Below are positions 10,175-20,248 of a stretch of DNA of 64,000 nt, one piece after another. The notes under the pieces are model-generated. The model saw only the letters and a list, made by a program, of their open reading frames with translations, searched no databases and had not been told where the DNA came from. Position 1 is the first letter of the stretch. Each line of letters starts with the position of its first letter. The translations under genes were made by a program, and so were the position numbers. This DNA is from an uncultured Verrucomicrobiae bacterium (GTDB taxonomy: Bacteria > Verrucomicrobiota > Verrucomicrobiia > Chthoniobacterales > JAATET01): assembly GCA_963719495.1 (NCBI GenBank), contig CAVRCI010000002.1:352001-416000 (forward strand), given 5' to 3'.

Positions 10175-11254
10175 TTAGTTGGCGATGGTCTCCGCTGCGA
10201 GGCGGTCTTCGAGGTCGCTTGCGGCGAGGGATTCGATCATTTCGATGATGTCGCCTTCGATGAAGCGGTCGAGGCTGTAGAGGGTGAGGCCGATGCGGTG
10301 GTCGGTGACTCGGTTCTGCGCGTAGTTGTAGGTGCGGATCTTTTCTTCCCGGCCGCCGCCTCCGAGGAGGGCTTTGCGGTGGGCGGAGTATTTCTCTTCT
10401 TCGGCGCGTCGTTTGTCCTCGAGGAGGCGGGAACGCATGATTTGCAGGGCGCTGGCCTTGTTTTGGATCTGGGAACGGCCGTCCTGACAGCGGACGATCC
10501 GGCCGGTGGGGATGTGGAGGATTTGGACGGCGGAGTCGGTGGTGTTGACCCCCTGGCCGCCGGGGCCGCCGGAGCGGCAGACTTCGATGCGGAGATCGCT
10601 CATGGGGAGGACGAGGTCGACTTCCTCGGCTTCGGGGAGGACGGCGACGGTGGCGACGGAGGTGTGGATGCGGCCCTGGGTCTCGGTGGCGGGGACGCGT
10701 TGGACGCGGTGGGGGCCGGATTCGTAGCGCATGCGGCGGAAGACGGATTCGCCGGAGAGGCGGAAGACGATCTCCTTGAGGCCGCCGAGGTCGGACTCGG
10801 AGTTGTCGAGGATCTCGATCTTGAGGCCGGCGACTTCGGCGTAACGGGTGTACATGCGGTAGAGGTCGGCGGCGAAGAGGGCGGCTTCGGTGCCGCCGGT
10901 GCCGGCGCGGATCTCGACGATGGCGTCCTTGTCTTCGTCGGGCTCGGGTGGGAGGAGGGCGATGCGGAGGGCGAATTCGGTTTTCGGGAGGGAATCTTCG
11001 AGTTCGGCGATCTCGGCGCGGGCGAGCTCGACCATTTCCTGGTCGGAGCTGGAGGCGAGTTCGCGGTTCTCGGCGAGTTCACGGTTCGCTTTCTGGAAGG
11101 CTTCCCATTTGTCGAGAATGCCCTTCGAGCGCGAGTGCTCGCGGAGGATGGCCTGGGCGCGCTTGGGGTCGTCGTAGAGATCGGGCGACGAGATGGCGGC
11201 TTCGAGTTCCTCGAAGCGGGCGGCGATGCGGGCGGTGAGTGGGGCGTAGTCCAT
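10175..11254 (-). CDS. prfA: Peptide chain release factor 1
   Basis: GGQ motif (GPGGQGVN), PAT tripeptide (RVPATE), EIRAGTGG; true start MDYAPL at 11254, the longer ORF is repeat read-through. Confidence 0.97.
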   Translation of the reverse strand: MDYAPLTARIAARFEELEAAISSPDLYDDPKRAQAILREHSRSKGILDKWEAFQKANRELAENRELASSSDQEMVELARAEIAELEDSLPKTEFALRIALLPPEPDEDKDAIVEIRAGTGGTEAALFAADLYRMYTRYAEVAGLKIEILDNSESDLGGLKEIVFRLSGESVFRRMRYESGPHRVQRVPATETQGRIHTSVATVAVLPEAEEVDLVLPMSDLRIEVCRSGGPGGQGVNTTDSAVQILHIPTGRIVRCQDGRSQIQNKASALQIMRSRLLEDKRRAEEEKYSAHRKALLGGGGREEKIRTYNYAQNRVTDHRIGLTLYSLDRFIEGDIIEMIESLAASDLEDRLAAETIAN

Positions 11255-11256
11255 GA

Positions 11257-11373
11257 GGGTCGGAAGGTCGGAAGGTCGAAGGTCGGAAGGTTGAAGGTCG
11301 AAGGTCGAAGGTCGGAAGGTCGGAAGGTCGGAAGGTCGAAGGTCGAAGGTCGAAGGTCGAAGGTCGGAAGGTC
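11257..11373 (+). repeat. Mixed 7/8-mer tandem array (GGTCGAA / GGTCGGAA), about 15 units
   Basis: Read directly; fills the space between the rpmE terminator and the prfA start. Confidence 0.95.
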
Positions 11374-11390
11374 TGGATGTCTCGCGGACA

Positions 11391-11432
11391 AAGAAAAACG
11401 GTGAGTCCGCGCGGGGCGGACTCACCGTTTTT
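11391..11432 (-). terminator. Rho-independent terminator of rpmE
   Basis: Stem AAAACGGTGAGTCCGC / GCGGACTCACCGTTTT followed by T-rich tail on the minus strand. Confidence 0.85.
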
Positions 11433-11454
11433 GAGAGGGGTCGAAGTTGGGTCG

Positions 11455-11682
11455 CTACGGTTTGCGCGGGGCGCGGGTGGCGCGGATGCTGCCGTAACGG
11501 CGCTGGAACTTCTCGATGCGGCCGGCGGTGTCGACGAATTTTTGCTCGCCGGTGAAAAAGGGATGGCAAGCGGCACAGATGCCGATGCTAAGGTCTTTGC
11601 TCGTCGAACGGGTGTGATAACTGGCTCCGCAGGCGCAGTTGATAACGGTGTCGGTGTAATTTGGATGGATCTCGGCCTTCAT
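11455..11682 (-). CDS. rpmE: 50S ribosomal protein L31 (Zn-binding, 4-Cys type)
   Basis: MKAEIHPNY...CACG...[24 protein letters not shown]. Confidence 0.98.
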   Translation of the reverse strand: MKAEIHPNYTDTVINCACGASYHTRSTSKDLSIGICAACHPFFTGEQKFVDTAGRIEKFQRRYGSIRATRAPRKP

Positions 11683-11690
11683 AAGGAAAA

Positions 11691-13079
11691 ATGGAATTGG
11701 AGAAAGTGAAGGACGCTGGGGCCTCGCGCAAGCCGAATCTTGCCGCTCTGGAGCGGTGGGAGGCGACCTGGCGGCGGCTCGGGGACGAGGCGGCGGTCCG
11801 GTTGCCGGATGGCTCCGTGGCGCGGACGTTTGCGCAGATCGAATCGGAGGCGAACGGCGTGGCGGCGGATCTGGAGCCGTGGCCGCCGGGGGCGGTGGTG
11901 AGTCTGTGTGCGGGGAACGTGCCGGGGTGGCCGGCGCTGTTGCTGGGGATTTGGAAGGCAGGCGGGGTGGCGCTGTTGGTGGACGCGACTCTGGCGGAGG
12001 CGCAGGTGGTGGTGGCGGAACGGGATTGTGGGGCGCGGGCCCGGGTGGGGTGGCGTGGCGACGGATTCGAAGTGCGGTGCCTGGAGGGGAACGGGGCTTG
12101 GAGGCCGGGCGACGCGACGATTTTAATCAAGCTGACCTCGGGGACGACGGGGGCGGCGCGGGCGTCGGAATTCGGGCCGACGGAGGTGATGGCGGATTGC
12201 GATCAGGTCTGTGAAACGATGGGAATCACGGCGGGCGACGTGAACTACGGGGTGATCGCGTTTGCCCATTCGTATGGTTTCAGCAATCTGGTGACGCCGC
12301 TGATCCTTCGAGGGGTGCCGCTGGTGGCGGCGCTGGACTCCTTGCCGCGGGCTCTTTGGCGGGGAGTCGCCGAGAGTGGCGCGACGGTTTTGCCCGCGGT
12401 TCCGGCGATATTTCGGGCGTTGGCGGGAGTGGCGGCGGATCCCGGGCGTTTGCGGCTGTGCCTTTCGGCGGGGGCTCCGCTGCCGTCCCGAATCGCGGGG
12501 CAGTTCCGCGAGGCCCATGGGCTGAAGATTCATTCGTTCTACGGGGCGTCGGAGTGCGGGGGGATTTGCTACGACGCCTCGGAGGTCGGCGAATTGCCGG
12601 ATGGGTTCGTGGGACTCCCGATGCGTGGCGTGGAGTTGACGTGGGACGGCGAAGGGGTGGGGGGCGTGCGGGTGCGGAGCGCGGCGGTCTGCCTGGGGAT
12701 GGGCGGGGAGTTGCGGCCGGGAGATTTGCTGGAGGGGGACGAGACCTCGGGATACCGGATCGCCGGGCGGACGTCCGACGTCGTGAACGTGGGCGGGCGG
12801 AAGGTCAATCCGGCGGCGGTCGAGGCCGCGCTGGCGGATCACCCGGGGGTGCGTGAAGTGGCGGTGTTTGGGCGGGGCGACGCGGCGCGATCCGAGTCGC
12901 TGGCGGCGGTGGTCGTGGGCGAAGTGACGGGTGGGGAATTGCGGCGCTGGTGCGCGGAGCGGCTGGCGAATTGGCAGGTGCCGCGTGAGATCTTCGAGGT
13001 GAGCGCGATTCCGGTGAGTGCGCGGGGGAAGGTGAATCGGCGGGACCTGGCGAACTGGAGCCGGACGATGGAAGGTTGA
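11691..13079 (+). CDS. AMP-binding (class I adenylate-forming) enzyme; start uncertain
   Basis: [29 protein letters not shown] motifs, terminal GKVNR. Confidence 0.88.
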   Translation: MELEKVKDAGASRKPNLAALERWEATWRRLGDEAAVRLPDGSVARTFAQIESEANGVAADLEPWPPGAVVSLCAGNVPGWPALLLGIWKAGGVALLVDATLAEAQVVVAERDCGARARVGWRGDGFEVRCLEGNGAWRPGDATILIKLTSGTTGAARASEFGPTEVMADCDQVCETMGITAGDVNYGVIAFAHSYGFSNLVTPLILRGVPLVAALDSLPRALWRGVAESGATVLPAVPAIFRALAGVAADPGRLRLCLSAGAPLPSRIAGQFREAHGLKIHSFYGASECGGICYDASEVGELPDGFVGLPMRGVELTWDGEGVGGVRVRSAAVCLGMGGELRPGDLLEGDETSGYRIAGRTSDVVNVGGRKVNPAAVEAALADHPGVREVAVFGRGDAARSESLAAVVVGEVTGGELRRWCAERLANWQVPREIFEVSAIPVSARGKVNRRDLANWSRTMEG

Positions 13080-13133
13080 TCGGCTTGCCGATTTTTCGTT
13101 GTCGGAGGGTTCCGACCGCCCCTAGATAGCGGG

Positions 13134-14345
13134 ATGCGGATGAGATGGTGGGTGGGATGGCTCCTGGCGGCGGTGGTGGTTTCGTCGCCGGCGGGGGCTG
13201 CCGGGGTGGAGCCGGTGATCCGATTGAACGAGGCGTTCGTCCAGGATCTGACGAAGGCTGGGGCGGCTCCGGCCTGGGCGTCGCGGGCGTTGGCGATCTA
13301 TCATTTTTCGATGTGGAACGCGATGGCGCGGGCCGAGGGGGCCGGATTGAACGAGGCGGATCAAGTGGTCGCGGTCGCGGCGGCTGCGGCGACGGTGGGA
13401 GCGTATTTTTTCCCGGACGGAATGGCGGCCGGCGAAGCGGTGAAGTATGGCCCCGGGAGTGCGGCGGCGGTGAAAATCGGGCAGGATTGTGGCGCGGAGT
13501 TGGTGCGAAGTCGGCTGAGCGATGGGAGTGACGCGGAGGTTGATCTCCCGGGGCGCGAGGGAATCGGGGAATGGCGGCACACGCCGCCGAAATACCAGTC
13601 GGCGGAGCTGCCGCAGTGGGGCGAGGTGACGCCCTTCACGCTTCGTTCGGTCGATCCGTTCATGCCCGAGGGTCCGCCGGATTTGGTGAGTCAGGAATAC
13701 ACGGACGCGCTGAACGAAGTGCGGGCGATCGGCGGCAGGACTTCGAACCTGCGGACTCGCGAGCAAAAGGCGATCGCGTATTTCTGGTCGGATTTTCGGT
13801 TCACCGAGACACCTCCGGGCCACTGGAACGCGATCGCCCGGAGTCTGGCCGAGTCGAGTCGACTTTCGTTTGGCGACGGGGTGCGGCTCTTTGCGACGCT
13901 CAATCTGGCGATGGCCGACGCGGCGATCGTGGTCTGGCGGGCGAAGTCCAAATTTCGTTTCTGGCGACCGATCGACGCAATTCGGAACGCTTGGGAGGAT
14001 GGAAATCCGGAGACGGCGGGGGATGGGGATTGGGTCTCGTTGCTGCCTTCGCCCCCGCATCCGGAGTATCCGTCGGGGCACGCGGGATTCAGCGGGGCGG
14101 CATCGGAAGTGCTGGCGCGCTTCTTCGACGGGGATGCGCGGACCTTCTCGGTCTCCAGCGGGATGATCCCGGGTTACCGCCGGACGTATTCGTCGCTGTG
14201 GGCGTGCGCGCTGGAGGTGGCGGCGAGCCGCGTTTACTGCGGAATCCACTTTTCGTTCTCGGGCTTGGACGGCGTCGTGATGGGCCGGCGGGTCGGCGAG
14301 ACCGTGTGGCGGGCATGCGGCGAGCCACGGGCGACGGAGAAGTGA
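13134..14345 (+). CDS. Secreted vanadium haloperoxidase-like / PAP2 superfamily protein
   Basis: Signal peptide; AKSKFRFWRP, PPHPEYPSGHA, SRVYCGIHF. Confidence 0.85.
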   Translation: MRMRWWVGWLLAAVVVSSPAGAAGVEPVIRLNEAFVQDLTKAGAAPAWASRALAIYHFSMWNAMARAEGAGLNEADQVVAVAAAAATVGAYFFPDGMAAGEAVKYGPGSAAAVKIGQDCGAELVRSRLSDGSDAEVDLPGREGIGEWRHTPPKYQSAELPQWGEVTPFTLRSVDPFMPEGPPDLVSQEYTDALNEVRAIGGRTSNLRTREQKAIAYFWSDFRFTETPPGHWNAIARSLAESSRLSFGDGVRLFATLNLAMADAAIVVWRAKSKFRFWRPIDAIRNAWEDGNPETAGDGDWVSLLPSPPHPEYPSGHAGFSGAASEVLARFFDGDARTFSVSSGMIPGYRRTYSSLWACALEVAASRVYCGIHFSFSGLDGVVMGRRVGETVWRACGEPRATEK

Positions 14346-14410
14346 CTCACGACCGGAGAGCGAGCGCGAAAAAAACACGCGCTGACGCGGGGAGGTGCGA
14401 ACGTTTGGCT

Positions 14411-14914
14411 ATGAAGGTGAAGTTTGTCTCGTTCAATTCGGCCGCTCGGGCGGCGTCGGTGGTTTTGGTTTCCGGGTCGTTGGTTGGTTTGTCGGCCTGC
14501 GATGGTAAGCAGGAGGATCTTGGCAAAAAGGTGGATGAGGCCGCTGAAGAAATTCAGGATGCGCGCGAGGAGATTGCCGAGGGGGAAGCGGAACTCGTCG
14601 AGGCCAAGAAAGACCTCGAGCAGGCCAAAGCCAATGCCGAAGCGGCGCTGGCCGAGCCTTCGCCGTTGCCGGACGTGGACGATGCGGAAGTCGAGGTTTC
14701 GGCTACGCCGACCGAAGATGCGGTGCCCGTTGTCGAAGCGACTCCTGAGATGACGCCGATCGCGACGCCTATGCCGACTCCGGACGTGTCGACTACGCCG
14801 GAAGCGGTGGCGACTCCCGATGCTCGTTATGGGGCCGAGGTCGAAGCGACTCCGGTTGCTGACTTCCCGCCGACTCCGGAGGCCAGCCCGGTTGGTGAGC
14901 CGTTCGAGCCTTAG
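14411..14914 (+). CDS. Putative lipoprotein with coiled coil and acidic Pro/Thr-rich tail
   Basis: Lipobox LSAC after hydrophobic stretch; xTP repeats. Confidence 0.75.
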   Translation: MKVKFVSFNSAARAASVVLVSGSLVGLSACDGKQEDLGKKVDEAAEEIQDAREEIAEGEAELVEAKKDLEQAKANAEAALAEPSPLPDVDDAEVEVSATPTEDAVPVVEATPEMTPIATPMPTPDVSTTPEAVATPDARYGAEVEATPVADFPPTPEASPVGEPFEP

Positions 14915-14929
14915 GGCTGGACGCGCGGG

Positions 14930-15055
14930 GGATGTGTCTCGCTTCGCGAGATTGGGTTGGTTCGGCGATTGAAAATCGCCGCTCCTTGAAGCCGGGCTTT
15001 CTCGCTTCGCTCGATTTGCCTGGAGGTCGGCGGCGGGAAGCCGCCGCTCCTCGAG
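14930..15055 (-). repeat. Composite GGAG-REP doublet (related copies 19550-19678 and 46939-47059)
   Basis: TTC-loop hairpin, GGTTGG, CGGCGAT-N5-ATCGCCG-CTCC, spacer CTCGCTTCGCTCGATTTGCC, second hairpin with CTCC. Confidence 0.85.
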
Positions 15056-15063
15056 GTGGTTTC

Positions 15064-15804
15064 TTAGCTTTTTGACTCTGGCTGTTGGCGCGGGGTGGGC
15101 TTGGTTCGGACTGGGTTTTTGCTGAGGGCTTCGATTTCGGCTCGTTTGAGTGGGCGCCAGTGACCGGTTTTGAGTTTCGGGTCGGTTAGGGTTCCGATTC
15201 GGGTGCGGGTGAGTCGTTTGACGCGGTATTCGTCGACGGCCCACAGCATCTCGCGGATCTGACGCTTGATTCCCTGGCGGAGGACGACGGTGAGGCGGGT
15301 GGGGGCGATGACTCGGACGGACTCCATTTTCGCCCGACCACCTTCGATGAAAACGCCTTTGAGGAGTTTTGGGATGAGGGCGGCGTCGAAATTTTTGTCC
15401 AGGGCGACGTCGTATTCCTTGTCGACCTGGTGGGTCGGGTGGGTGAGTTCCTGGCTCAAATCGCCGTCGTTGGTGAGGACGATGAGACCCTCGCTTTCCT
15501 TGTCGAGGCGACCGACGTGGAAGAGGCGGCCAATGTCGTCGGGAAGGAGGTCGAAGATGTTCTTCCGCTTCAGTTCGTCGGAACGGGTGCAGACGTATCC
15601 GGCTGGTTTGTTGAGCAGGATGTAGGTGTGCGACTTCGGTCGGACGACGCGGCGGCCGACGCGAACGCTATCGGCTGGGGAAACGGTGGTCGCGAGATTG
15701 TCGACGGCGATTCCGTTGATGGAAACGCGTCCCTCGCGGATGAGCTCGTCGCAGGCGCGACGGGAACCGAGGCCGGCTGAGGCGAGGAAGCGATTCAGCC
15801 GCAT
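15064..15804 (-). CDS. S4-domain rRNA pseudouridine synthase (RsuA/RluB family)
   Basis: MRLNRFLASAGLGSRR, LLNKPAGY, VGRLDKESEGL, RQIREM. Confidence 0.93.
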   Translation of the reverse strand: MRLNRFLASAGLGSRRACDELIREGRVSINGIAVDNLATTVSPADSVRVGRRVVRPKSHTYILLNKPAGYVCTRSDELKRKNIFDLLPDDIGRLFHVGRLDKESEGLIVLTNDGDLSQELTHPTHQVDKEYDVALDKNFDAALIPKLLKGVFIEGGRAKMESVRVIAPTRLTVVLRQGIKRQIREMLWAVDEYRVKRLTRTRIGTLTDPKLKTGHWRPLKRAEIEALSKNPVRTKPTPRQQPESKS

Positions 15805-15824
15805 AAGGTGGGGCGCTGACCGCG

Positions 15825-15848
15825 AAAAAGCCGTCCGGGAGGACGGCT
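15825..15848 (-). terminator. Terminator after small basic protein gene
   Basis: AGCCGTCC-N4-GGACGGCT followed by T run on minus strand. Confidence 0.7.
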
Positions 15849-15867
15849 GCCACGGTGGTGTGACGGA

Positions 15868-16023
15868 TTATTCTTCGGGTTTCGTCTTGGCGAGGCCGAT
15901 GACGCGCTGGCCGGGCTTGAATTGGCCGCGCTTCTTGAGCAGTTCGACGCGCTCGAAACGTTTGAGGACACTGCGCTTGGCCTTGATGGCTCCGCTGCCC
16001 TTTAAGCTGGGATGTTGACTCAT
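15868..16023 (-). CDS. PVC-superphylum signature small basic protein
   Basis: MSQHPSLKGSGAIKAKRSVLKRFERVELLKKRGQFKPGQRVIGLAKTK matches the known Verrucomicrobia/Chlamydia/Planctomycetes family pattern. Confidence 0.92.
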   Translation of the reverse strand: MSQHPSLKGSGAIKAKRSVLKRFERVELLKKRGQFKPGQRVIGLAKTKPEE

Positions 16024-16127
16024 AGAGCCGTCCAGAATGTCACGGCTGGGGGGATTTGCAATGCGAGATTTTGGGGGTGGGGTGGATTTATTTCGGGGTG
16101 GGGGTGTCTCTGCGTTGGGGGCGCTTT

Positions 16128-16192
16128 GGTGAGGGGAGTGACGGCTTCGCCGTTTTGGTTGGTTCGGCGATTGCAAATCGCCGCTCCTTGAA
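16128..16192 (-). repeat. GGAG-REP element with upstream TTC-loop hairpin
   Basis: GGTGAGGGGAGTGACGGCTTCGCCGT...CGGCGATTGCAAATCGCCGCTCCTTGAA. Confidence 0.85.
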
Positions 16193-16202
16193 GTGCACCT
16201 GA

Positions 16203-16949
16203 TTATTTTGCCAGCTCTCTTGCCAGGTAGGCGGCTCCGATGATGCCGGCTTGGTTGAGCATTTTGGCGGGGACGATGGGGACGTCGGTCTTGGTCTCGA
16301 GGTGGGGGATGAATTTGTCGGCTTTCTTGCTGACGCCGCCGCCGATGATGAAGAGGTCGGGTGAGAAGAGGATCTCCATCTGCTCGAGAAAATCGTTGAG
16401 CTCTTTGGCCCATTTCTTCCACGAGAGGTCTTTTTCTTCCCGGACGCTTTCGGCGGCTCGTTTTTCGGCGTCCTTGCCGCGGATCTGGAGGTGGCCGAAC
16501 TCGGTGTTGGGGACGAGTTTTCCGTCGACGAAGACGGCGGAGCCGATGCCGGTGCCGAGGGTGAGGAGAATGACGATGCCGGGTTGATCGCGGCCGGCTC
16601 CGAACTGCATCTCCGCGACGCCGGCGGCGTCGGCGTCGTTGACGACGTGGGCGGCCCCGCCGATTTGCGGGGAGAAGAGGGTGGCGGCTTCGGTGCCGAT
16701 CCAGGATTCGTCGACGTTGGCGGCGGACCGGATGGTGCCGTTCTTGACGACGGCCGGGAAGGTGATGCCGGCTGGGCCCGAGTATTGGAAGTGGCTGGCG
16801 ATCTCGCCGATGACGTCGGCGACGGCTTCCGGGACGGCGGGTTGCGGGGTCGGGATGCGGAAGCGATCCGCGGCGAGCTGGCCGGTGGTCACGTCGACGG
16901 GTGCGCCTTTGATGCCCGAGCCGCCGATGTCGATGCCGAGAATGTTCAT
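16203..16949 (-). CDS. ppgK: Polyphosphate glucokinase (ROK family)
   Basis: [49 protein letters not shown]. Confidence 0.9.
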   Translation of the reverse strand: MNILGIDIGGSGIKGAPVDVTTGQLAADRFRIPTPQPAVPEAVADVIGEIASHFQYSGPAGITFPAVVKNGTIRSAANVDESWIGTEAATLFSPQIGGAAHVVNDADAAGVAEMQFGAGRDQPGIVILLTLGTGIGSAVFVDGKLVPNTEFGHLQIRGKDAEKRAAESVREEKDLSWKKWAKELNDFLEQMEILFSPDLFIIGGGVSKKADKFIPHLETKTDVPIVPAKMLNQAGIIGAAYLARELAK

Positions 16950-17008
16950 TTCAATTGGGAGGTTGGATTTTGAACTTTGGATTGGCGAGCGCGCATTCTT
17001 GCTGAGGA

Positions 17009-17860
17009 TTAGCCATTCAAACGAAAGAACGCTTCGGCGGTGGCGGTGGTGGTGCGGGCGATGGTCGCGAGATCGGTGCCGCGGAGCTCCGCGATTTTTT
17101 CGGCGACGATGCGGGTGTGGGCGGGTTCGCAGCGTTTTCCGCGGTGGGGGACGGGGGCGAGGTAGGGGCAGTCGGTCTCGACCATGTAGCCGTCGTCGGA
17201 CACGGCGGTGGCGGTGTCGCGGACGATGGGGGCGTTCTTGAAGGTGATGATGCCGGTGAAGGAGACGAGGTGGCCGAGGGCGGCGAGTTCGGCGGCCTGG
17301 TGCGGGTGGTTGCCGAAGCAGTGGAAGGCGGCGCGGAGGCGGCCGGTGTAGGGGCGGAGGATCGCGAGGGTGTCGTCCCAGGCGTCGCGCTGGTGGACGA
17401 CGACGTTGAGGCCGAGCTCGGCGGCGAGGTCGAGTTGCTGGCGGAAAACGTCGGCCTGGAGGGCGCGATAGGCTCCGTCCATGACGGCGGCGCGGGCGTC
17501 GTCGGGCCCGTCGGCTCCGAGCGCGGCGATGGCGGGGGAGGATTCGAGGGTTTCGCTGGGGAGGCGGTGGTAGTCGAGGCCGGTCTCGCCGATGGCGGCG
17601 ACTTTGGGGTGGGCGGCGAGTTCGCGGAGGGCGGGGAGGAAGTCGGCGGGTTCCTCGGCGACGTTGCCGGGGTGGATGCCGACGACGGCGTGGACCCGCG
17701 GATATTTCTCGGCGATGGCGATGGCGCGTTGGCTGCTGGCGAGGCCGGTGCCAATGGTGATGACGCGGGTGACGCCGGCTTCGGTGGCGCGGCCGAGGAT
17801 GGCGTCGAGGTCGTCGGCGAAGTCGGGGAAATCGAGGTGCGCGTGGGTGTCGATGAGCAT
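17009..17860 (-). CDS. tatD: TatD family hydrolase
   Basis: [42 protein letters not shown]. Confidence 0.93.
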   Translation of the reverse strand: MLIDTHAHLDFPDFADDLDAILGRATEAGVTRVITIGTGLASSQRAIAIAEKYPRVHAVVGIHPGNVAEEPADFLPALRELAAHPKVAAIGETGLDYHRLPSETLESSPAIAALGADGPDDARAAVMDGAYRALQADVFRQQLDLAAELGLNVVVHQRDAWDDTLAILRPYTGRLRAAFHCFGNHPHQAAELAALGHLVSFTGIITFKNAPIVRDTATAVSDDGYMVETDCPYLAPVPHRGKRCEPAHTRIVAEKIAELRGTDLATIARTTTATAEAFFRLNG

Positions 17861-17975
17861 GGGGTCGAGGTTACCGGGATGTCGGGCGGGTGGGGAGTCC
17901 GATGTTGCGAAGGGCCGCATCGGGAGTGGTGGAAACATTCGCCCCGAGGGAATTGGCGCGGTAGTTTCTCTCGGC

Positions 17976-18371
17976 ATGGAAACGCTGCAACTATCCAAGG
18001 GCTGGGAGCCGGGAGTTTTGACCATCAAATTGGACGGTCGTCTGGACGGGAACACGTCGTCGGACTTCGGGCGCTACCTGGCGGCGGAGTTTGAAACCGG
18101 GGACAATGTGCTCGTGATCGACGCCGAGGGACTTGAATTCGTCAGCAGTGCGGGATTGCGGGAATTTGTTTTGCTGGCCAAGACGGCGGCGAAACGCGGC
18201 ACCGAGGTGGCAATCGTCGGGATGCGGCCGGGAGTGCGGGAGATTCTGGAGATCTCGGGGATGATTGCCTTGTTCAAGGTGGCTGACAGCGCGGAGGCGG
18301 CGGTCCGGATGGTCGGCGGCGGAGCCGGTGGGTTGCTGGGTCGGCTCTTCCCGGGGCGCGGTGCCAAGTGA
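17976..18371 (+). CDS. STAS-domain anti-sigma factor antagonist
   Basis: KLDGRLD, LVID...LEFVSSAGLR phospho-Ser motif, VREILEISG. Confidence 0.9.
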   Translation: METLQLSKGWEPGVLTIKLDGRLDGNTSSDFGRYLAAEFETGDNVLVIDAEGLEFVSSAGLREFVLLAKTAAKRGTEVAIVGMRPGVREILEISGMIALFKVADSAEAAVRMVGGGAGGLLGRLFPGRGAK

Positions 18372-19543
18372 ACGGTTGGCCTTCGGATTACGCGGGGATC
18401 GAGCGGAGGTCTCGGGACCTGGACTCGGAGTCGGTCGAGCGCTATCGGCGGCATACGTGGATCGGGGACCCGGCGGCGGATGCGTTGATCGCGGAACTGG
18501 CGGAATATCCCGAGGCGGTGGGGCAGGGGTGGATTCAAGCTGGGATCGAGGGTGGACCGGGAGCGGTTGGTGATGCTCCGGAGACGGTGCGGGATTTTTT
18601 CACCGACATCGAACGGGTGCCGGATTGGTTCGAGCCGGATGGGGTGCGGTCGGGTTGCCGGGCGTTTCACCGGCACTCGGAGATGTTCGTGGGAGCGTTC
18701 GTCGGGGCGGTGCTCATCGAAGGATTTTCGACCTTGATCAGCCGGAGTTTCAGCATCACCGGGCGGTTGGTGGATCAGGGGGTGCGGCGGCTGAAGCAGA
18801 ATAACCGGCATCTGATGGAGATCTTCATTCCGGGTGGGTTGGATCGGCGGTCGGATGGGTGGAAGCTGTCGGTGCGGATCCGCTTGGTTCACGCGCGGGT
18901 GCGGCACCTGCTGGCGGCTTCGGACGATTGGGACGAGGCGGCTTGGGGGGTGCCGTTGAGTGCGGCGCACGTGGCGTTCGCGACGGCGGCGTTTTCGGGT
19001 TTGCTGCTGCGACGGGTGGAGATGTTGGGGGTGCGGCTGTCGGCGGAGGAGCGGGAGTCGTTCATGATGGTCTGGCGGTATTCCGGGCATCTAATGGGGG
19101 TGGCTCCGGCGCTGGAATGCGATGGGGAGGCGGCGGCTCTGCGGCTGCACGCGGTGGGCGCGGCGTGCGAGCCGCCGCCGGGGGTGGAGTCGATCCTGTT
19201 GGCGAATGGTCTGATCAATTCGGCACCGATCGTCGCGGGGATCGAGGACCCGGCGGCGCGGCGGAAGCTGACGGCGAAGATTTATCGGATCTCGCGGGCG
19301 TTGATCGGGGATGAGCTGGCGGACGCGTTGAACTATCCGTCGGGGCGGACGACGGGGGTGTTGGCGGTGCTGCGGGCGCGGAACCGGGTGGACGGGCTGC
19401 TCCAGGCAATGTTTCCGCGGGTGGCGGGTTGGCGGCGGTCGGGGCAGTTCCAGCAGATGCTGGAGGTGTCGCACTACGGGAACGGGGGATTGGGGTATCG
19501 GATGCCGGAGCGGGTTTATGCGGAGACGGACCGGGCTTTGTGA
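18368..19543 (+). CDS. MpaB/Lcp-like (DUF2236) oxygenase family protein
   Basis: GDPAADA, VPDWF, RIRLVHARVR, WDEAAWGVPLS, WRYSGHLMGV. Confidence 0.8.
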   Translation: MNGWPSDYAGIERRSRDLDSESVERYRRHTWIGDPAADALIAELAEYPEAVGQGWIQAGIEGGPGAVGDAPETVRDFFTDIERVPDWFEPDGVRSGCRAFHRHSEMFVGAFVGAVLIEGFSTLISRSFSITGRLVDQGVRRLKQNNRHLMEIFIPGGLDRRSDGWKLSVRIRLVHARVRHLLAASDDWDEAAWGVPLSAAHVAFATAAFSGLLLRRVEMLGVRLSAEERESFMMVWRYSGHLMGVAPALECDGEAAALRLHAVGAACEPPPGVESILLANGLINSAPIVAGIEDPAARRKLTAKIYRISRALIGDELADALNYPSGRTTGVLAVLRARNRVDGLLQAMFPRVAGWRRSGQFQQMLEVSHYGNGGLGYRMPERVYAETDRAL

Positions 19544-19678
19544 CGTCGGGGGGGAAGTGTTCCGCTTCGCGGAATAGGGTTGGTTCGGCGATTGCAAATC
19601 GCCGCTCCTCGAGGGTTCGACTCTCTCGCTTTGCTCGATTTGCCGAACTTCGGCACCTGGAAGGTGCCGCTCCTTGAA

Positions 19679-20155
19679 TTAACTTTTCGCTCGTTCGAGG
19701 ATTTTCGTGGTCGAGCGGCCGGGGACGAGGGGGAGGATTTCGATTTTTGTTCCGACGTCGTGGAGGGCGGCTCGTTCGCCGGGATCGAGCGTTTCTTCGG
19801 TGTAGTCGCCGCCTTTGGCGTAGATGGCGGGGCGGATGGCGTGGATGATTTCCGTCACGCGGGGGGATTCGAAGATGGTGACGACTTCGACGGCGCGGAG
19901 AGCGGAGAGCACGCGGGCGCGGTCGGCGGCGGAATTGATGGGGCGGGTGGGGCCCTTGAGGGTGCGGACGGAGGCGTCGGAATTGATCACGACGGCGAGG
20001 GCGTCGCCGAGGGCGCGGGCGCGCTCGAGGTAGTCGACGTGACCGGCGTGCAGGAGGTCGAAGCAACCGTTGGTGAGGACAACGCGGCGTCCGGTGGCGC
20101 GGAGGTCGGCGGACCAGCGGGTGAGGGCTGCGAGATCGAGGACGCGGTTGTTCAC
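19679..20155 (-). CDS. RfaE domain II-type nucleotidyltransferase (heptose-1-P adenylyltransferase-like)
   Basis: TNGCFDLLHAGH, NSDASVRTLKGPTRP, KGGDY, GRSTT. Confidence 0.92.
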   Translation of the reverse strand: MNNRVLDLAALTRWSADLRATGRRVVLTNGCFDLLHAGHVDYLERARALGDALAVVINSDASVRTLKGPTRPINSAADRARVLSALRAVEVVTIFESPRVTEIIHAIRPAIYAKGGDYTEETLDPGERAALHDVGTKIEILPLVPGRSTTKILERAKS

Positions 20156-20248
20156 GGGACAGCTCTGAAGATTTTTTGAAACGCGCTCAAACTATTTCGC
20201 TGGATCAGCGTGGGTTGCCTTAGAAGGATGGTGAAGTTTCCCGATCCC

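Noticed and set aside
11257..11373. Possible CRISPR array
   Set aside because: Units are 7-8 nt with no spacers, and no cas genes are present.
11255..11569. N-terminal extension of prfA in the ORF track
   Set aside because: It translates the tandem repeat and terminator and overlaps rpmE.
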